The notes beneath the pieces are model-generated. The model saw nothing but the letters and a program-made list of their open reading frames with translations. It did no database searches and had not been told where the DNA came from. 64,000 nt of DNA from Nanobdellota archaeon (lineage in GTDB: Archaea; Nanobdellota; Nanobdellia; SCGC-AAA011-G17; JACPNG01). Both the position numbers and the translations under genes were made by a program. The stretch lies in assembly GCA_038046345.1 (NCBI GenBank), contig JBBSWJ010000005.1, positions 24,784-88,783 of the forward strand. Reading direction: 5' to 3'. Of the stretch, positions 30,336-43,076 are shown in pieces (position 1 is the first letter of the stretch; each line of letters starts with the position of its first letter).

Positions 30336-30616
30336 AATATAAAACAAAAAGTGTTATAATCGGTAGAAAAAAGAAGGATAAAGAGGATGTACTTTTTAGA
30401 CCATGTTTCATAGCATTATTTGACTTAAATGACCCGCATAAAGCTAATGAAGTACCAAAAGAGATTATTGAAATAAAAAAAGCAAAACGTATTGATATCA
30501 TTGACTTTAAATTAAAGTTTATGTTGATGGGCGGTGATATTGTGATAAATGACTTAAAGTGGATTGAAGTACAAGAAGAAAATGGTAATGTAAGGATTAC
30601 TGGACAACAAGTATAA
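30332..30616 (+). CDS. hypothetical protein co-transcribed with rps6e
   Basis: Overlaps rps6e by 4 nt (ATGA). Confidence 0.5.
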   Translation: MKYKTKSVIIGRKKKDKEDVLFRPCFIALFDLNDPHKANEVPKEIIEIKKAKRIDIIDFKLKFMLMGGDIVINDLKWIEVQEENGNVRITGQQV

Positions 30617-30676
30617 TAATTATTTGTGTTCTTGTTGCTTAATATTTTGTAATTCTTATGGCATTATGTAAAAAGT

Positions 30677-31303
30677 CTATCTTTCCCTATCTTGATTTAT
30701 GCACACATAAGTTATACTTTCCCGCTTTAATATGCGATGAATTTGTGATAATGGTCTGATATGATGAGCTTCCATTACTACAACTAAAGGTTTTGTTGTC
30801 TTTGGTTGATATTCAACAATCCTATTACCCATTCTTCTCTCTCGATATATCACTTCAATTGGTGATTCAGTTGTACATATATATTCTGGATATTTTCTAT
30901 GTATTTCTTTTTCGACTATGTCTAATTCAGCATAGGATAAATCAATACCTATTGCAATGAAACCATATTTTTCAGCCCACGCCATCACATGTTTATCCTC
31001 TGATAATGATTTATCAGATAATTCAAAATCATCAATACAATTTACCGGAACACCTTCTAAAAAAGTATGTCTTTTTACACCAGGATCATATCTTCTTGCA
31101 CCAAGAAATTCGTGTAATAAATAATCTGGTTTAGCTTGTTCAATAATTTCTTCTTGCTCTTCATGATGTTGAAACTTAGCATATCCCTCTCCCAGAATGA
31201 TTATTAAAGGTTCATCTCCGTAGAAATGGTATCCGCATCCATTTGATATACACCATTCCCTGATAACTTTTTTTTCAAGCATCTGGAAAATAATAGTTTT
31301 CAC
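30677..31303 (-). CDS. hypothetical protein
   Basis: ORF only. Confidence 0.5.
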   Translation of the reverse strand: MKTIIFQMLEKKVIREWCISNGCGYHFYGDEPLIIILGEGYAKFQHHEEQEEIIEQAKPDYLLHEFLGARRYDPGVKRHTFLEGVPVNCIDDFELSDKSLSEDKHVMAWAEKYGFIAIGIDLSYAELDIVEKEIHRKYPEYICTTESPIEVIYRERRMGNRIVEYQPKTTKPLVVVMEAHHIRPLSQIHRILKRESITYVCINQDRER

Positions 31304-31426
31304 TTTTTAAATTTTTCTATCTGTAACCACTTTATAATAGAGTCCATATAATAATTCTACGCCATTGATGAAATTTAGACGGGCCATCCAAAAGCCATAA
31401 CACAACAATCCCCATTACAAGAAAGG

Positions 31427-31434
31427 TTTATAAA
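31427..31434 (+). promoter_or_regulatory. TATA box (TTTATAAA) of the aIF2-gamma gene
   Basis: AAAGGTTTATAAAAA lies 22 nt upstream of ATG 31457. Confidence 0.45.
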
Positions 31435-31456
31435 AACCTCCTTTGATTAAGCTTCT

Positions 31457-32695
31457 ATGAAAAAAACAAACGAGGTACTTCAACCAGAAATAAATATTGG
31501 ACTGGTAGGTCATGTAGACCATGGGAAAACAACTATTCTTGAAAGACTATCAGGTAAATGGGCAGATACTCATTCAGAAGAAATAAAACGTGGAATCACA
31601 ATCAGACTCGGCTATGCAAACACTACAATATACCAATGCCCAAAATGCAAAGAATTACCATACACAACACAAGAAAAATGCCAAAAATGTAAGTCTAAAT
31701 CAAGCCCAGTAAGATCAATAAGCTTCATAGATGCTCCAGGTCATGAAACTTTGATGGCAACAATGCTTTCAGGAGCAGCAATAATGGACGCAGCCTTGTT
31801 GTTAATAGCAGCAAACGAAGAATGCCCGCAACCTCAAACTAAAGAACATTTAACAGCATTAAGCATGATAGGAATAAAGAACATTATTATAATCCAAAAC
31901 AAAATTGATCTTGCAACAGAAGACCAACTTAAAAAAAATTACAATCAAATAAAAAATTTTGTTAAAGGAACAATAGCTGAAAAGGCAATAATCATTCCAA
32001 TATCAGCACAACATAATGCAAATATTGATATCTTAGTCAATGCAATACAAGAAGAATTTAAAACACCAAAAAGAGATCCAAAAAAAGTACCTTTAATGCT
32101 TATAGCTAGAAGTTTTGATGTAAACAAACCGGGTACAGAAATACAGCAATTAATTGGTGGTGTAATAGGAGGAAGCTTAAAGCAAGGAGTCATAAAAATA
32201 AAAGATAAAATAGAGATTAAACCAGGAATTAAATCAGAAAAAGATGGAAAAATAACTTATATTCCAATCCAAACAGAAGTTGTAAATATTAATAGTGGAT
32301 CAAACAAACTTAACGAAGCAAGACCCGGCGGTAGCATTGCAATATTAACAAAATTAGATCCTTCAATAGTAAAATCAGATAGTTTATCCGGAGGATTAGT
32401 AAGCCATCCTGGGGGATTACCTGAAACAAGAATAGAGCTATTATTAAAACCAGAATTACTTGAACGTGTTGTTGGCAGCGGTGAAGAAGCTAAAGTAACT
32501 TCCATAAAAAAAGGAGAACCACTAATGCTTAATGTTAACGCAACAGCAACAATAGGAGTTGTCACCGAATTAAAAAAAGATTTAATTAGAGTTAAACTAA
32601 AAAGACCAATCTGTGCATTCAAAGAAGATAGGATTACATTATCTCGATTGCTAGGAAGTAAATTTAGGCTTATTGGTATAGGAAGCATTGCTTAA
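31457..32695 (+). CDS. eif2g: translation initiation factor aIF2 gamma subunit
   Basis: Has [12 protein letters not shown], the zinc knuckle CPKC...CQKC, DAPGH and NKID. Confidence 0.9.
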   Translation: MKKTNEVLQPEINIGLVGHVDHGKTTILERLSGKWADTHSEEIKRGITIRLGYANTTIYQCPKCKELPYTTQEKCQKCKSKSSPVRSISFIDAPGHETLMATMLSGAAIMDAALLLIAANEECPQPQTKEHLTALSMIGIKNIIIIQNKIDLATEDQLKKNYNQIKNFVKGTIAEKAIIIPISAQHNANIDILVNAIQEEFKTPKRDPKKVPLMLIARSFDVNKPGTEIQQLIGGVIGGSLKQGVIKIKDKIEIKPGIKSEKDGKITYIPIQTEVVNINSGSNKLNEARPGGSIAILTKLDPSIVKSDSLSGGLVSHPGGLPETRIELLLKPELLERVVGSGEEAKVTSIKKGEPLMLNVNATATIGVVTELKKDLIRVKLKRPICAFKEDRITLSRLLGSKFRLIGIGSIA

Positions 32696-32697
32696 GA

Positions 32698-33018
32698 TCA
32701 TTCTTTCTTGTTAAAAGCATCATAAACATCATAAATAATATATCCAGCAGCTCTGCCAGGGAAAGTCAAGAAATGACCAACCGCACCACTGATTGGATGA
32801 TCTTCAGTAAACCACTCATATGTCATCTGTTCAATACTTGCTGGATCTCTCCCTAGCAGTGGCCGTATCTGAATCAACATTGCAGAATTTACCAAAAGCA
32901 AATTTATAGAAAAAAGTTTCCAATATAATCCCAGCATGCGCTTAAAGTAATTATCCTCAGAACGAATAGCACGTTTTAGTTTATCAGAGCGATTATCATT
33001 ATACATCTTTTGCCTCAA
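32698..33018 (-). CDS. hypothetical small protein downstream of gyrA
   Basis: ORF that overlaps the gyrA stop by 20 nt and has one hydrophobic segment. Confidence 0.4.
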   Translation of the reverse strand: MRQKMYNDNRSDKLKRAIRSEDNYFKRMLGLYWKLFSINLLLVNSAMLIQIRPLLGRDPASIEQMTYEWFTEDHPISGAVGHFLTFPGRAAGYIIYDVYDAFNKKE

Positions 33019-35428
33019 GATTATTCATGATAACACGTGCAATAGTAGTAAGTTTATCATTTTGGTCCAATCTCATTAGTCTAACCCCTTGAGTATTTCT
33101 GCCAACCACACCAATATCTTTTGCATTAGTACGTATGATTATACCATTTTCGCTCATTAACATAACCTCATTATTCTCTTTAACAGTTTTTATTCCAACT
33201 ACTTTTCCATTCCGCTCTGATGTTTGAATATTAATAACTCCCTTTCCACCGCGGCGAGTTAACCGATATTCACTTATTTCAGTACGTTTACCAAAGCCAT
33301 TTTCTGTAACCGTTAATAAAAAGCCAGCTGGAAGGGCAACCTCCATACCGATTACTTCATCATCACTATCAAGTTTTATACCTCTAACTCCAGAAGCATT
33401 ACGCCCTACACTAGGTACATCCTTATCACTAAAACGAACTGCCATTCCATTTTTAGATGCAAGTATAATTTCAAGATTTTTAGGTGTTAAACGTGCTTGT
33501 ACTAAATTATCCCCCTCGCGAAGTTTTATGCTAGCAATCCCACCGCGGCGTGGATTTGAAAAATCAGACAGTGAAGTTTTTTTTATTACGCCTTTTTTTG
33601 TAGCAAACAGTATAAACAATGGATCACTAAAATTTTTTATAGGCAAAACAGCACTGATCATTTCACCATCAACTAACTGTAATAAGTTAACTAATGCAGT
33701 GCCAAGACCATAACGGGAAATTTCAGGAACATGGAAGACTGGTAACCAGTGCACTTTTCCAAGATTTGTAAATACCAACAGCGTATTATGATTGCTTGTT
33801 ATAAACATTTGTTCAACAATATCTTCTTTTTTAGTAGCTGCACCAACAATCCCACGCCCACCACGTTTCTGTTGGCGATAAGTAACTAATGGTATTTGTT
33901 TAATGTATCCAGCTTTAGTGATTGTGATAACTACATCTGCCTCTTGTATTAGATCTTTGCTTTCTAAAATTAAGTCGGCTTCATTATCAAGCTGAATAAT
34001 TTCAGTTCTTCTGCTATCACCATATAATGTTTTCATTTCAATTGCTTCATCTTTAACAATTCCGAGTATACGTTTCGGATTATCAAGTAAACTTTTTAGT
34101 TCTGCAATAAATTTAATAAGTTCATCATGCTCAGTTTGTATTCTTTCTCGTTCAAGACCAGTAATCTTCTGCAGCTTCATATCAAGAATTGCTTGAGACT
34201 GGATATCAGAAAGATTGTAATTAGCAGTTAATGATTGTTTTGCTACTTCAGCATTCTCAGCTTTCTTTAATAAAACAATTATTGGATCGATATTTTGAAG
34301 TGCAATACTTAAACCAGCAAGGATATGCAAACGCTTCTGAGAAACTTCCAAATCAAATTGAGTTCTTCTGGTGACAACTTCCTTTCTATGAAGAATATAA
34401 CTTTCAAGTGCTAATTTAAGCGGGAATAACACTGGGCGACTTTTATCGAGCGCCAGCATATTAACTCCAAACGTGCTTTGCAGTTGGGAATGTTTAAATA
34501 ACTGGTTTGATAGAACTTCTGGGTTTGCAGAATCCTTTAATATCAGTACTATACTCATACCGCCCCTGTCAGATTCATCTCGTATATCACGTATTCCTTC
34601 TATTACTTTGGTTCTAACAAGGTCAGCTATCTCTTCAATAATTGTTGCTTTATTTGTTTGGTAAGGTATCTCTCTGATAATTATTCTTTTATCTTTGATC
34701 TCCGTTCTTGCACGAACAATAATCTTTCCTCTACCAGTTATGAAAGCATTTTTAATGCCATTAGTTCCAATTATTAATCCGCCAGTTGGAAAGTCTGGTC
34801 CTTTAATAAAACTCATTAATTCTTCAACTGATATGTCGGGATTATCAATCAAAGCAACTAATGCATCACATGTCTCAGTAAGATTATGCGGCGGGATATT
34901 TGTCGCCATACCAACAGCAATACCTGAACTCCCGTTTACTAATAGATTTGGGAATTTAGACGGAAGAACAACTGGTTCTTGTGTAGATGCATCAAAATTT
35001 GGTATTAAGTTCACTGTATTTTTCTCTATGTCTGATAATAATTCCTCACCAATCTTTGCAAGTCTTGCTTCAGTATATCTCATATGCGCTGGAGTGGTAA
35101 AATCTACACTACCAAAGTTACCATGACCATTTATCAATGGGTACCTTAATGAAAAATCCTGTGCCATTCTAACAAGCGAATCATAAATTGCTGAGTCTCC
35201 ATGCGGATGATACCTAAAACAATCACCTACTATCCTTGCAGATTTAACAAAGGGCTTATTATTTTTTAACCCCATGCCATGCATAGAATATAATAATCGC
35301 CTATGAACTGGTTTAAGCCCATCACGAACATCTGGTAATGCTCTCGAGGTTATCACAGACATAGCATAATTTATGTAATTAGCCTTCATCTCATCTTCGA
35401 CTAATTTTTGCTGTATTTGTTCTGGCAT
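32999..35428 (-). CDS. gyrA: DNA gyrase subunit A
   Basis: Has YAMSVITSRALPDVRDGLKPVHRR, the active-site AHMRYTEARL and C-terminal beta-pinwheel repeats. Confidence 0.92.
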   Translation of the reverse strand: MPEQIQQKLVEDEMKANYINYAMSVITSRALPDVRDGLKPVHRRLLYSMHGMGLKNNKPFVKSARIVGDCFRYHPHGDSAIYDSLVRMAQDFSLRYPLINGHGNFGSVDFTTPAHMRYTEARLAKIGEELLSDIEKNTVNLIPNFDASTQEPVVLPSKFPNLLVNGSSGIAVGMATNIPPHNLTETCDALVALIDNPDISVEELMSFIKGPDFPTGGLIIGTNGIKNAFITGRGKIIVRARTEIKDKRIIIREIPYQTNKATIIEEIADLVRTKVIEGIRDIRDESDRGGMSIVLILKDSANPEVLSNQLFKHSQLQSTFGVNMLALDKSRPVLFPLKLALESYILHRKEVVTRRTQFDLEVSQKRLHILAGLSIALQNIDPIIVLLKKAENAEVAKQSLTANYNLSDIQSQAILDMKLQKITGLERERIQTEHDELIKFIAELKSLLDNPKRILGIVKDEAIEMKTLYGDSRRTEIIQLDNEADLILESKDLIQEADVVITITKAGYIKQIPLVTYRQQKRGGRGIVGAATKKEDIVEQMFITSNHNTLLVFTNLGKVHWLPVFHVPEISRYGLGTALVNLLQLVDGEMISAVLPIKNFSDPLFILFATKKGVIKKTSLSDFSNPRRGGIASIKLREGDNLVQARLTPKNLEIILASKNGMAVRFSDKDVPSVGRNASGVRGIKLDSDDEVIGMEVALPAGFLLTVTENGFGKRTEISEYRLTRRGGKGVINIQTSERNGKVVGIKTVKENNEVMLMSENGIIIRTNAKDIGVVGRNTQGVRLMRLDQNDKLTTIARVIMNNLEAKDV

Positions 35429-35429
35429 T

Positions 35430-37316
<1,887 letters not shown>

Positions 37317-37503
37317 TTACCCTTATCTATCTTTAGATAGGGCTTATTTTTAAAGTTTTCTAAATAAAAAGTGCTTAAATTTTGATACTAGACGGCTTTA
37401 CAAGCATGTTTTTGTCTTTATAACCAAGACTGTAAATTTAACTTTACTACTCAAGAATAGGTATAATACAAAGATTTAAAAAGTAGTAAAGATTTTTAAC
37501 TAT

Positions 37504-37947
37504 ATGAGCATATCATTAATACCAAGAGAGCCTAATGGAAACTTATTAATCGAGCGCGAAGATGGGCTAATATTACTACTCATTGGAGATTGTTTTATAC
37601 AGAGTGATAAAGAGGGCACGATTGTTTACGGAACTAGCTACCATGATGGATGGTGCTCTGATCAGCAGGTAAGCCCATTTAATATAGCAAGGTGTGTAAT
37701 CCCAATTAGTGATGGAAGAAGCCAACAAATGAGAACAAAAAGATTAGCAAGAGAGTTGTTGAAAAATAGGTATGGAATGGCACTTACAGCCCCGCACATT
37801 AACAAAGCATATAATTATATGTCCAGACAATTAACAGCCCAATGTAATCTCAACCCAACACCACTTGACGAATTGGAGCAAATATTCAACTTTTATGCAG
37901 ACTGGATAAAAGACAGACCAAAAAAACCACGCAAAGTAGTCAGATAG
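37504..37947 (+). CDS. hypothetical protein
   Basis: ORF only. Confidence 0.45.
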   Translation: MSISLIPREPNGNLLIEREDGLILLLIGDCFIQSDKEGTIVYGTSYHDGWCSDQQVSPFNIARCVIPISDGRSQQMRTKRLARELLKNRYGMALTAPHINKAYNYMSRQLTAQCNLNPTPLDELEQIFNFYADWIKDRPKKPRKVVR

Positions 37948-38002
37948 CCTATTACACCAAGTATAATAATTTACTACTTTAGAGTGTTAAAACGTAGAAA
38001 GC

Positions 38003-38010
38003 TTTATATA
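38003..38010 (+). promoter_or_regulatory. TATA box (TTTATATA) of the TrmB-family gene
   Basis: Lies 17 nt upstream of ATG 38028. Confidence 0.4.
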
Positions 38011-38027
38011 CCCGCCAGTTTGTCAAA

Positions 38028-38840
38028 ATGATAGATAACATGATAGTACAAGAAGAATTTTTAAAAAAGCTAAGAGCATCATTTGATTTGAATATTTATG
38101 AAGTAAAAGTATGGACTGCGCTCCTGTCAAGGGGATTAGCCACAGCAGGAGAACTATCTGACATAAGCAATGTGCCAAGGTCTAGAAGTTACGATGTATT
38201 AGAATCATTAGAAAAAAAAGGTTTTGTAATAATGAAAATAGGAAAACCAATAAAGTATATCGCAGTATCCCCAGAAGAAATTCTTAAACGTGTAAAAAAA
38301 GTAATCACAATTAACGCAGGGGAACAAATAAGATCATATGATAATATAAAATCAAGTAATCTATTCAGCGAACTTGAATTATTGTACAAACAAGGAATAG
38401 ACAAAGTTGAGCCAACAAGCCTTTCCGGAGCAATTCGCGGTCGTGACGCTATTTATAATCATATTGAATCACTAATGGAACAAGCCAAAAAAACAGTCAC
38501 TATTTCAACCACATATGATGGATTTCAAAGAAAAGTTATAAATTTCATAGACACCTTCAAGAAACTTAAATCAAGAGGGATAAAAATTAGGATTATGGTA
38601 TCTCCAAACAAAGAAGCAAGAAATATCGTGAAAGAATTAAAAGGTATTGCTGAAATAAGGATAAACCAGTCCGATGCCACTTCAAGATTTATTATAGTAG
38701 ACAACAAAAACGTGATGTTCATGCTTTCAAATGATAAAGACGTACATGAAAGCTATGATATAGGCATATGGGTAAATACTCCTTTCTTTGCAACAGCTCT
38801 TGAGAACTTGTTTGATATAAACTGGGATAAGCTAAAATAA
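38028..38840 (+). CDS. TrmB-family transcriptional regulator
   Basis: YEVKVWTALLSRGLATAGELSDISNVPRSRSYDVLESLEKKGFV is a typical TrmB wHTH. It also has a C-terminal effector-like domain. Confidence 0.85.
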   Translation: MIDNMIVQEEFLKKLRASFDLNIYEVKVWTALLSRGLATAGELSDISNVPRSRSYDVLESLEKKGFVIMKIGKPIKYIAVSPEEILKRVKKVITINAGEQIRSYDNIKSSNLFSELELLYKQGIDKVEPTSLSGAIRGRDAIYNHIESLMEQAKKTVTISTTYDGFQRKVINFIDTFKKLKSRGIKIRIMVSPNKEARNIVKELKGIAEIRINQSDATSRFIIVDNKNVMFMLSNDKDVHESYDIGIWVNTPFFATALENLFDINWDKLK

Positions 38841-38978
38841 TCAAACATAATCTCAGGTTAATACAAGACTAGCACCAGTTATAAAAAGTTTCAAAGTAGA
38901 CCATAAAAAACTAAACAACTAATAGCTACCAACATCAACCCTTAATTTTATAAACATCTACAATCTATAACTATCCTT

Positions 38979-40490
38979 ATGAATTCAGAACTAATAGATA
39001 GTTTACACCCATTAGAAAGAAAAATTATACCGCTCATCACCCAGAATATGAATTTTAATACATTACTAGAAAAAACAGGTATGGGCGAAGTTGAATCATT
39101 AAGAGCATTACAATGGCTTGAAAAAAAGAAAGCTTTAATCTTACATAGAGATGTCATAGAAGTAATATCTTTAGGAAAAAACGGTAAAGAGTACCTACAA
39201 CAAGGCTTGCCAGAGAGAAAATTCTTAAAAGTTTTACTAACACCACTATTACTCACAGATGTTCAGACCAAGATAAACCTGTCAAAAGAAGAATTAAATG
39301 TCTCACTAGGAGTATTAAAAAGAAGAAAATTAATAGACTTAGAAAAAGGAAAAGCTTCAATCACACAGCAAGGCAAAAATTTTTTTAAGAAAGATTTTCC
39401 AGAAGAGATATTCCTAAAGAGCTTACCAACAGAAACTAAAAATCTAAAAGAAGAAGAGCTTAGCATATTTAAAGAACTATTAGAAAGGAAAGACATACTT
39501 CAAGTAGATATTAGAAAAGTAAGGAAAATTGAACTAACAGATATTGGTAAACAGCTACAAGCTCAAAAATTAGATAATGTAATGAACAAACTTACACCAT
39601 CAATGTTAAAAACCGGATCTTGGAAAAACACTATTCTACGGCCATATGATCTAGAACAAGACGTTGGCAAACGACACTACGGCAAAAGACATTTTGTTAA
39701 TCAATCAATTGCTTACGCAAGGAGAGTCTGGTTAGACATGGGGTTTAAAGAAATGACCGGAACATACACACAAACTAGCTTTTGGAATTTTGATGCATTG
39801 TTCACTGCTCAAGATCACCCAGTAAGAGATTTGCAGGATACTTTTTACATAGAACATCCTTCAAATGGCAAACTACCAAACAAACAATTAGTTAATTCTA
39901 TAAAAAAAGTTCACGAATATGGGGGCAATACCAAAAGTTTAGGCTGGAGGTATAAATGGGATCCAAAAGCAGCATCAAGAAATGTTTTGAGAACTCATAC
40001 TACCTGTTTATCTGCAAAAACATTATACAGCCTAAGAAATTCTAATAGTTCAGCAAAATTTTTCGCTCTTGGTAAAAATTTTAGAAACGAAACAATTGAC
40101 TGGGGGCACTTATTTGAATTTAATCAAACTGAAGGTATTGTAATCGATCCAAGTGCTAATTTCAGAGATCTACTTGGTTATTTAAAGCAGTTCATGAAAA
40201 AGATGGGTTACAAAAAAGTCAGGTTTAGGCCTGCCTACTTTCCGTACACATTTTGTAGTACAGAGTTTGATGTTTTTCATCCAGTGCATAAGAAATGGAT
40301 TGAGCTTGGCGGTGCAGGAATGTTACGCCCAGAAGTTGTTATTCCATTATTAGGAAAAGATATTCCTGTATTAGCCTGGGGCCCTGGATTTGATAGGATT
40401 ATGACAGATTACTACAAAATTAACGATCTTAGAGACATATACAAAAATGATATTAAACAATTAAGAGAAACAAAAGTATGGTTAAAATAA
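38979..40490 (+). CDS. pheS: phenylalanyl-tRNA synthetase alpha subunit (archaeal/eukaryotic type)
   Basis: Has N-terminal wHTH repeats and a class II core (HPVRDLQDTFY, LRTHTT, FRNE, GAGMLRPEV). Confidence 0.9.
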   Translation: MNSELIDSLHPLERKIIPLITQNMNFNTLLEKTGMGEVESLRALQWLEKKKALILHRDVIEVISLGKNGKEYLQQGLPERKFLKVLLTPLLLTDVQTKINLSKEELNVSLGVLKRRKLIDLEKGKASITQQGKNFFKKDFPEEIFLKSLPTETKNLKEEELSIFKELLERKDILQVDIRKVRKIELTDIGKQLQAQKLDNVMNKLTPSMLKTGSWKNTILRPYDLEQDVGKRHYGKRHFVNQSIAYARRVWLDMGFKEMTGTYTQTSFWNFDALFTAQDHPVRDLQDTFYIEHPSNGKLPNKQLVNSIKKVHEYGGNTKSLGWRYKWDPKAASRNVLRTHTTCLSAKTLYSLRNSNSSAKFFALGKNFRNETIDWGHLFEFNQTEGIVIDPSANFRDLLGYLKQFMKKMGYKKVRFRPAYFPYTFCSTEFDVFHPVHKKWIELGGAGMLRPEVVIPLLGKDIPVLAWGPGFDRIMTDYYKINDLRDIYKNDIKQLRETKVWLK

Positions 40491-42137
40491 ATGCCCACAA
40501 TAACACTAAACAGAAAAGTATTTGAAAGGCTGGTTGGTAAGAAACTTCCAACTGAAAAGCTTAAAGATCGTATTAGTATGCTTGGCACTGATCTTGAAAA
40601 AGTTACAGACAATGAAATTATTGTTGAAGTTTTCCCTAATCGCCCGGATATGCTATCAGAACAAGGTTTTGCAAGGGCATTTAGTAGTTTTATCGGCGTT
40701 AAAAAAGGTTTAAGGAAATATAAAGTAAGAGAATCAAATGAACAAGTAATTGTACACCCGCAAGTTAAGAATATTAGACCCTTTACTGCTTGTGCTATTG
40801 TTAAAAACTTAAAGTTTACTGACGAAAGCATTCGCGAGATAGTGCAAATCCAGGAGAAATTACATATTACTTACGGGCGTAACAGGAAGCGCTGTGCTAT
40901 TGGGGTATACCCTTTAGACAAGATATCATTACCAATTCATTACACAGCAAAAAAACCATCAGAAATCAAATTCCAACCTTTAGATAAAGATAAAGAACTG
41001 AAAGCTGACGAAATTCTTAAACTGCATCCTACTGGCATAGAGTATGCTCATTTGCTTAAAGATGCTGTATTATTCCCAATTTTTCACGATTCAAGAGATA
41101 ATATTCTTTCAATGCCGCCAATAATTAATTCTGAAACAGCTGGGAAGATTACAGAAGATACTAAAGATGTATTTGTTGAATGTTCAGGGCATGATCTAAC
41201 TGTGTTAGAGATATGTTTAAACATTATTGTTACTGCACTAGCAGATATGGGCGGAGATATTTACAGCATGAAAATAAACTATGGCTCTAAGCAAGTAATC
41301 ACACCAAATCTAACACCAAGAAAAATCAAAATGGATAGTTCATATTATAATAAACTGCTTGGGCTTAATCTTTCTAACTCTCAAATTAAATCATTCTTAT
41401 TAAGGATGGGTTATGATGTCCAAGGTAGTACCATTTTAATTCCTGCTTATCGTGCAGATATCCTTCATCAAGTGGATATTGCAGGAGATATTGCTATTGC
41501 TTACGGATATGAAAATTTTAAAGAAAAAATACCTGATGTAGCAACAATTGCTGAAGAGGATAGTTTGGAAAATTTTAAAGAAAAAGTAATCACTATATTA
41601 TTAGGCTTAGGATTTTTAGAGACAAGCACTTATCATATCACTAGCGAAACAATTCAAAATGAAAAGATGAATAATAAATTTCCATTAATCAAACTAAGTA
41701 ACGCACTAAGCCAGGAATTTACTGTTATCCGTTCAAAGATGCTGCCCTGTTTAATGCAGGTTCTTTCAGAAAATTTACATCATGAATACCCTCAAAATCT
41801 GTGTGAGATTGGTAGAGTCTTTAAAGAAGAGAAAACTACTGAGACTGGAATTAATGAAAATGAGAATCTAGCCATAGTAATAGCTCATGGTAACTCTGAT
41901 TTTTCAGAATTAAAAAAAGTATTATCCACATTGATGTCTGCTTTGAGTATTAAATACATCATAAAACCAACAGTTCACAATTCTTTTATCAAAGGTCGTG
42001 TTGGAAATATTATAATCAACAAAAAAGAACTTGGTTATATTGGTGAGTTACATCCGCAAGTCTTAACTAATTTTAACTTAGGAGTTCCAGTTGCAGCTTT
42101 AGAATTAAATATTAATGAATTATTTAAACTTGTATAA
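40491..42137 (+). CDS. pheT: phenylalanyl-tRNA synthetase beta subunit
   Basis: Starts immediately after pheS. It has the archaeal PheT layout MPTITLN..., NRPDMLSEQG and a B3/4 domain. Confidence 0.9.
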   Translation: MPTITLNRKVFERLVGKKLPTEKLKDRISMLGTDLEKVTDNEIIVEVFPNRPDMLSEQGFARAFSSFIGVKKGLRKYKVRESNEQVIVHPQVKNIRPFTACAIVKNLKFTDESIREIVQIQEKLHITYGRNRKRCAIGVYPLDKISLPIHYTAKKPSEIKFQPLDKDKELKADEILKLHPTGIEYAHLLKDAVLFPIFHDSRDNILSMPPIINSETAGKITEDTKDVFVECSGHDLTVLEICLNIIVTALADMGGDIYSMKINYGSKQVITPNLTPRKIKMDSSYYNKLLGLNLSNSQIKSFLLRMGYDVQGSTILIPAYRADILHQVDIAGDIAIAYGYENFKEKIPDVATIAEEDSLENFKEKVITILLGLGFLETSTYHITSETIQNEKMNNKFPLIKLSNALSQEFTVIRSKMLPCLMQVLSENLHHEYPQNLCEIGRVFKEEKTTETGINENENLAIVIAHGNSDFSELKKVLSTLMSALSIKYIIKPTVHNSFIKGRVGNIIINKKELGYIGELHPQVLTNFNLGVPVAALELNINELFKLV

Positions 42138-42428
42138 AACCTTAGAAAATTCATAAATTTTATCACCATCAAACTGAATTCCTTCTTTTTGTAACAATTT
42201 CTTTTTATTTTTACTTCCATAAACAAATCCACCAATTTTTCCGCTTGAGTTTACTGCTCTATGGCATGGAACTTCTTGGCAACGATTTTTATTCAAGGCA
42301 CTTCCAACTGCCCTGTAAGCTGTAGTGCCTAATTTTTCTGCTACTATCTTGTACGTAGATACTTTACCGGATGGTATTTCTTTAACAACGGTCCATACTC
42401 TTTTATTTAAAGATATTTTTTCAGCCAT
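42120..42428 (-). CDS. ogt: methylated-DNA-protein-cysteine methyltransferase, DNA-binding/active-site domain only
   Basis: Has VPCHRAV with the active-site Cys and the helix-turn-wing context YRAVGSALNKN. Confidence 0.8.
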   Translation of the reverse strand: MAEKISLNKRVWTVVKEIPSGKVSTYKIVAEKLGTTAYRAVGSALNKNRCQEVPCHRAVNSSGKIGGFVYGSKNKKKLLQKEGIQFDGDKIYEFSKVLYKFK

Positions 42429-43030
42429 TCTTTTATTTTATTTATTAATGCTTTATCGAGCATATTTACCCCGTGTAATTTATTATGTAATTCTAGTAGT
42501 TCCTTTTCCTCGTTAGGAATGCTTCCATAAATAGTACTGGAAGTTTCAGTGCTGTATCCATCACCATCACCAACAACTATCAAGGTAGGTATATTTAACA
42601 TTGCGGAATTCTCATCAATGTCTATACCACGATAGTTAAGCCCAGGAGACAGCGCAACTACTGTTTTTAAATTATGATCCACTCCGTATTTTATTGCTAA
42701 ATTTGCGCCTATGCTTGCACCGATTATACCGATTTCAGTAACTTTTTTTTCTTTTAAGTATTTCTCTGCAGCTTCTATATCATTTATCATATTATTAAAA
42801 TCTTTATCATTAAAACTTCCCCATTCTAAATCTGATGCACCATGCCCTCTTAGGTCAATAGCAATCATATGATACTCTGTTAGCTCATTAATCAGTTTAT
42901 TCCAGGATTCTTTTGATGAAGCTAACTGGTGTAAAAATATTATTCCTTTTGTTGATTCACCTTTAAAATAACTAGCAGCAATACTTATCCCGTCTGTTGT
43001 GATTAGCTCTACATTTTGTTCCATGGTCAT
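42407..43030 (-). CDS. alpha/beta hydrolase
   Basis: Has the GASIGAN nucleophile elbow, an HQL oxyanion region and a C-terminal His. Confidence 0.7.
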   Translation of the reverse strand: MTMEQNVELITTDGISIAASYFKGESTKGIIFLHQLASSKESWNKLINELTEYHMIAIDLRGHGASDLEWGSFNDKDFNNMINDIEAAEKYLKEKKVTEIGIIGASIGANLAIKYGVDHNLKTVVALSPGLNYRGIDIDENSAMLNIPTLIVVGDGDGYSTETSSTIYGSIPNEEKELLELHNKLHGVNMLDKALINKIKEWLKKYL

Positions 43031-43076
43031 ATTGCTTTACAATAAAACTTTTAAATGTTTTGATACACCAACTGTT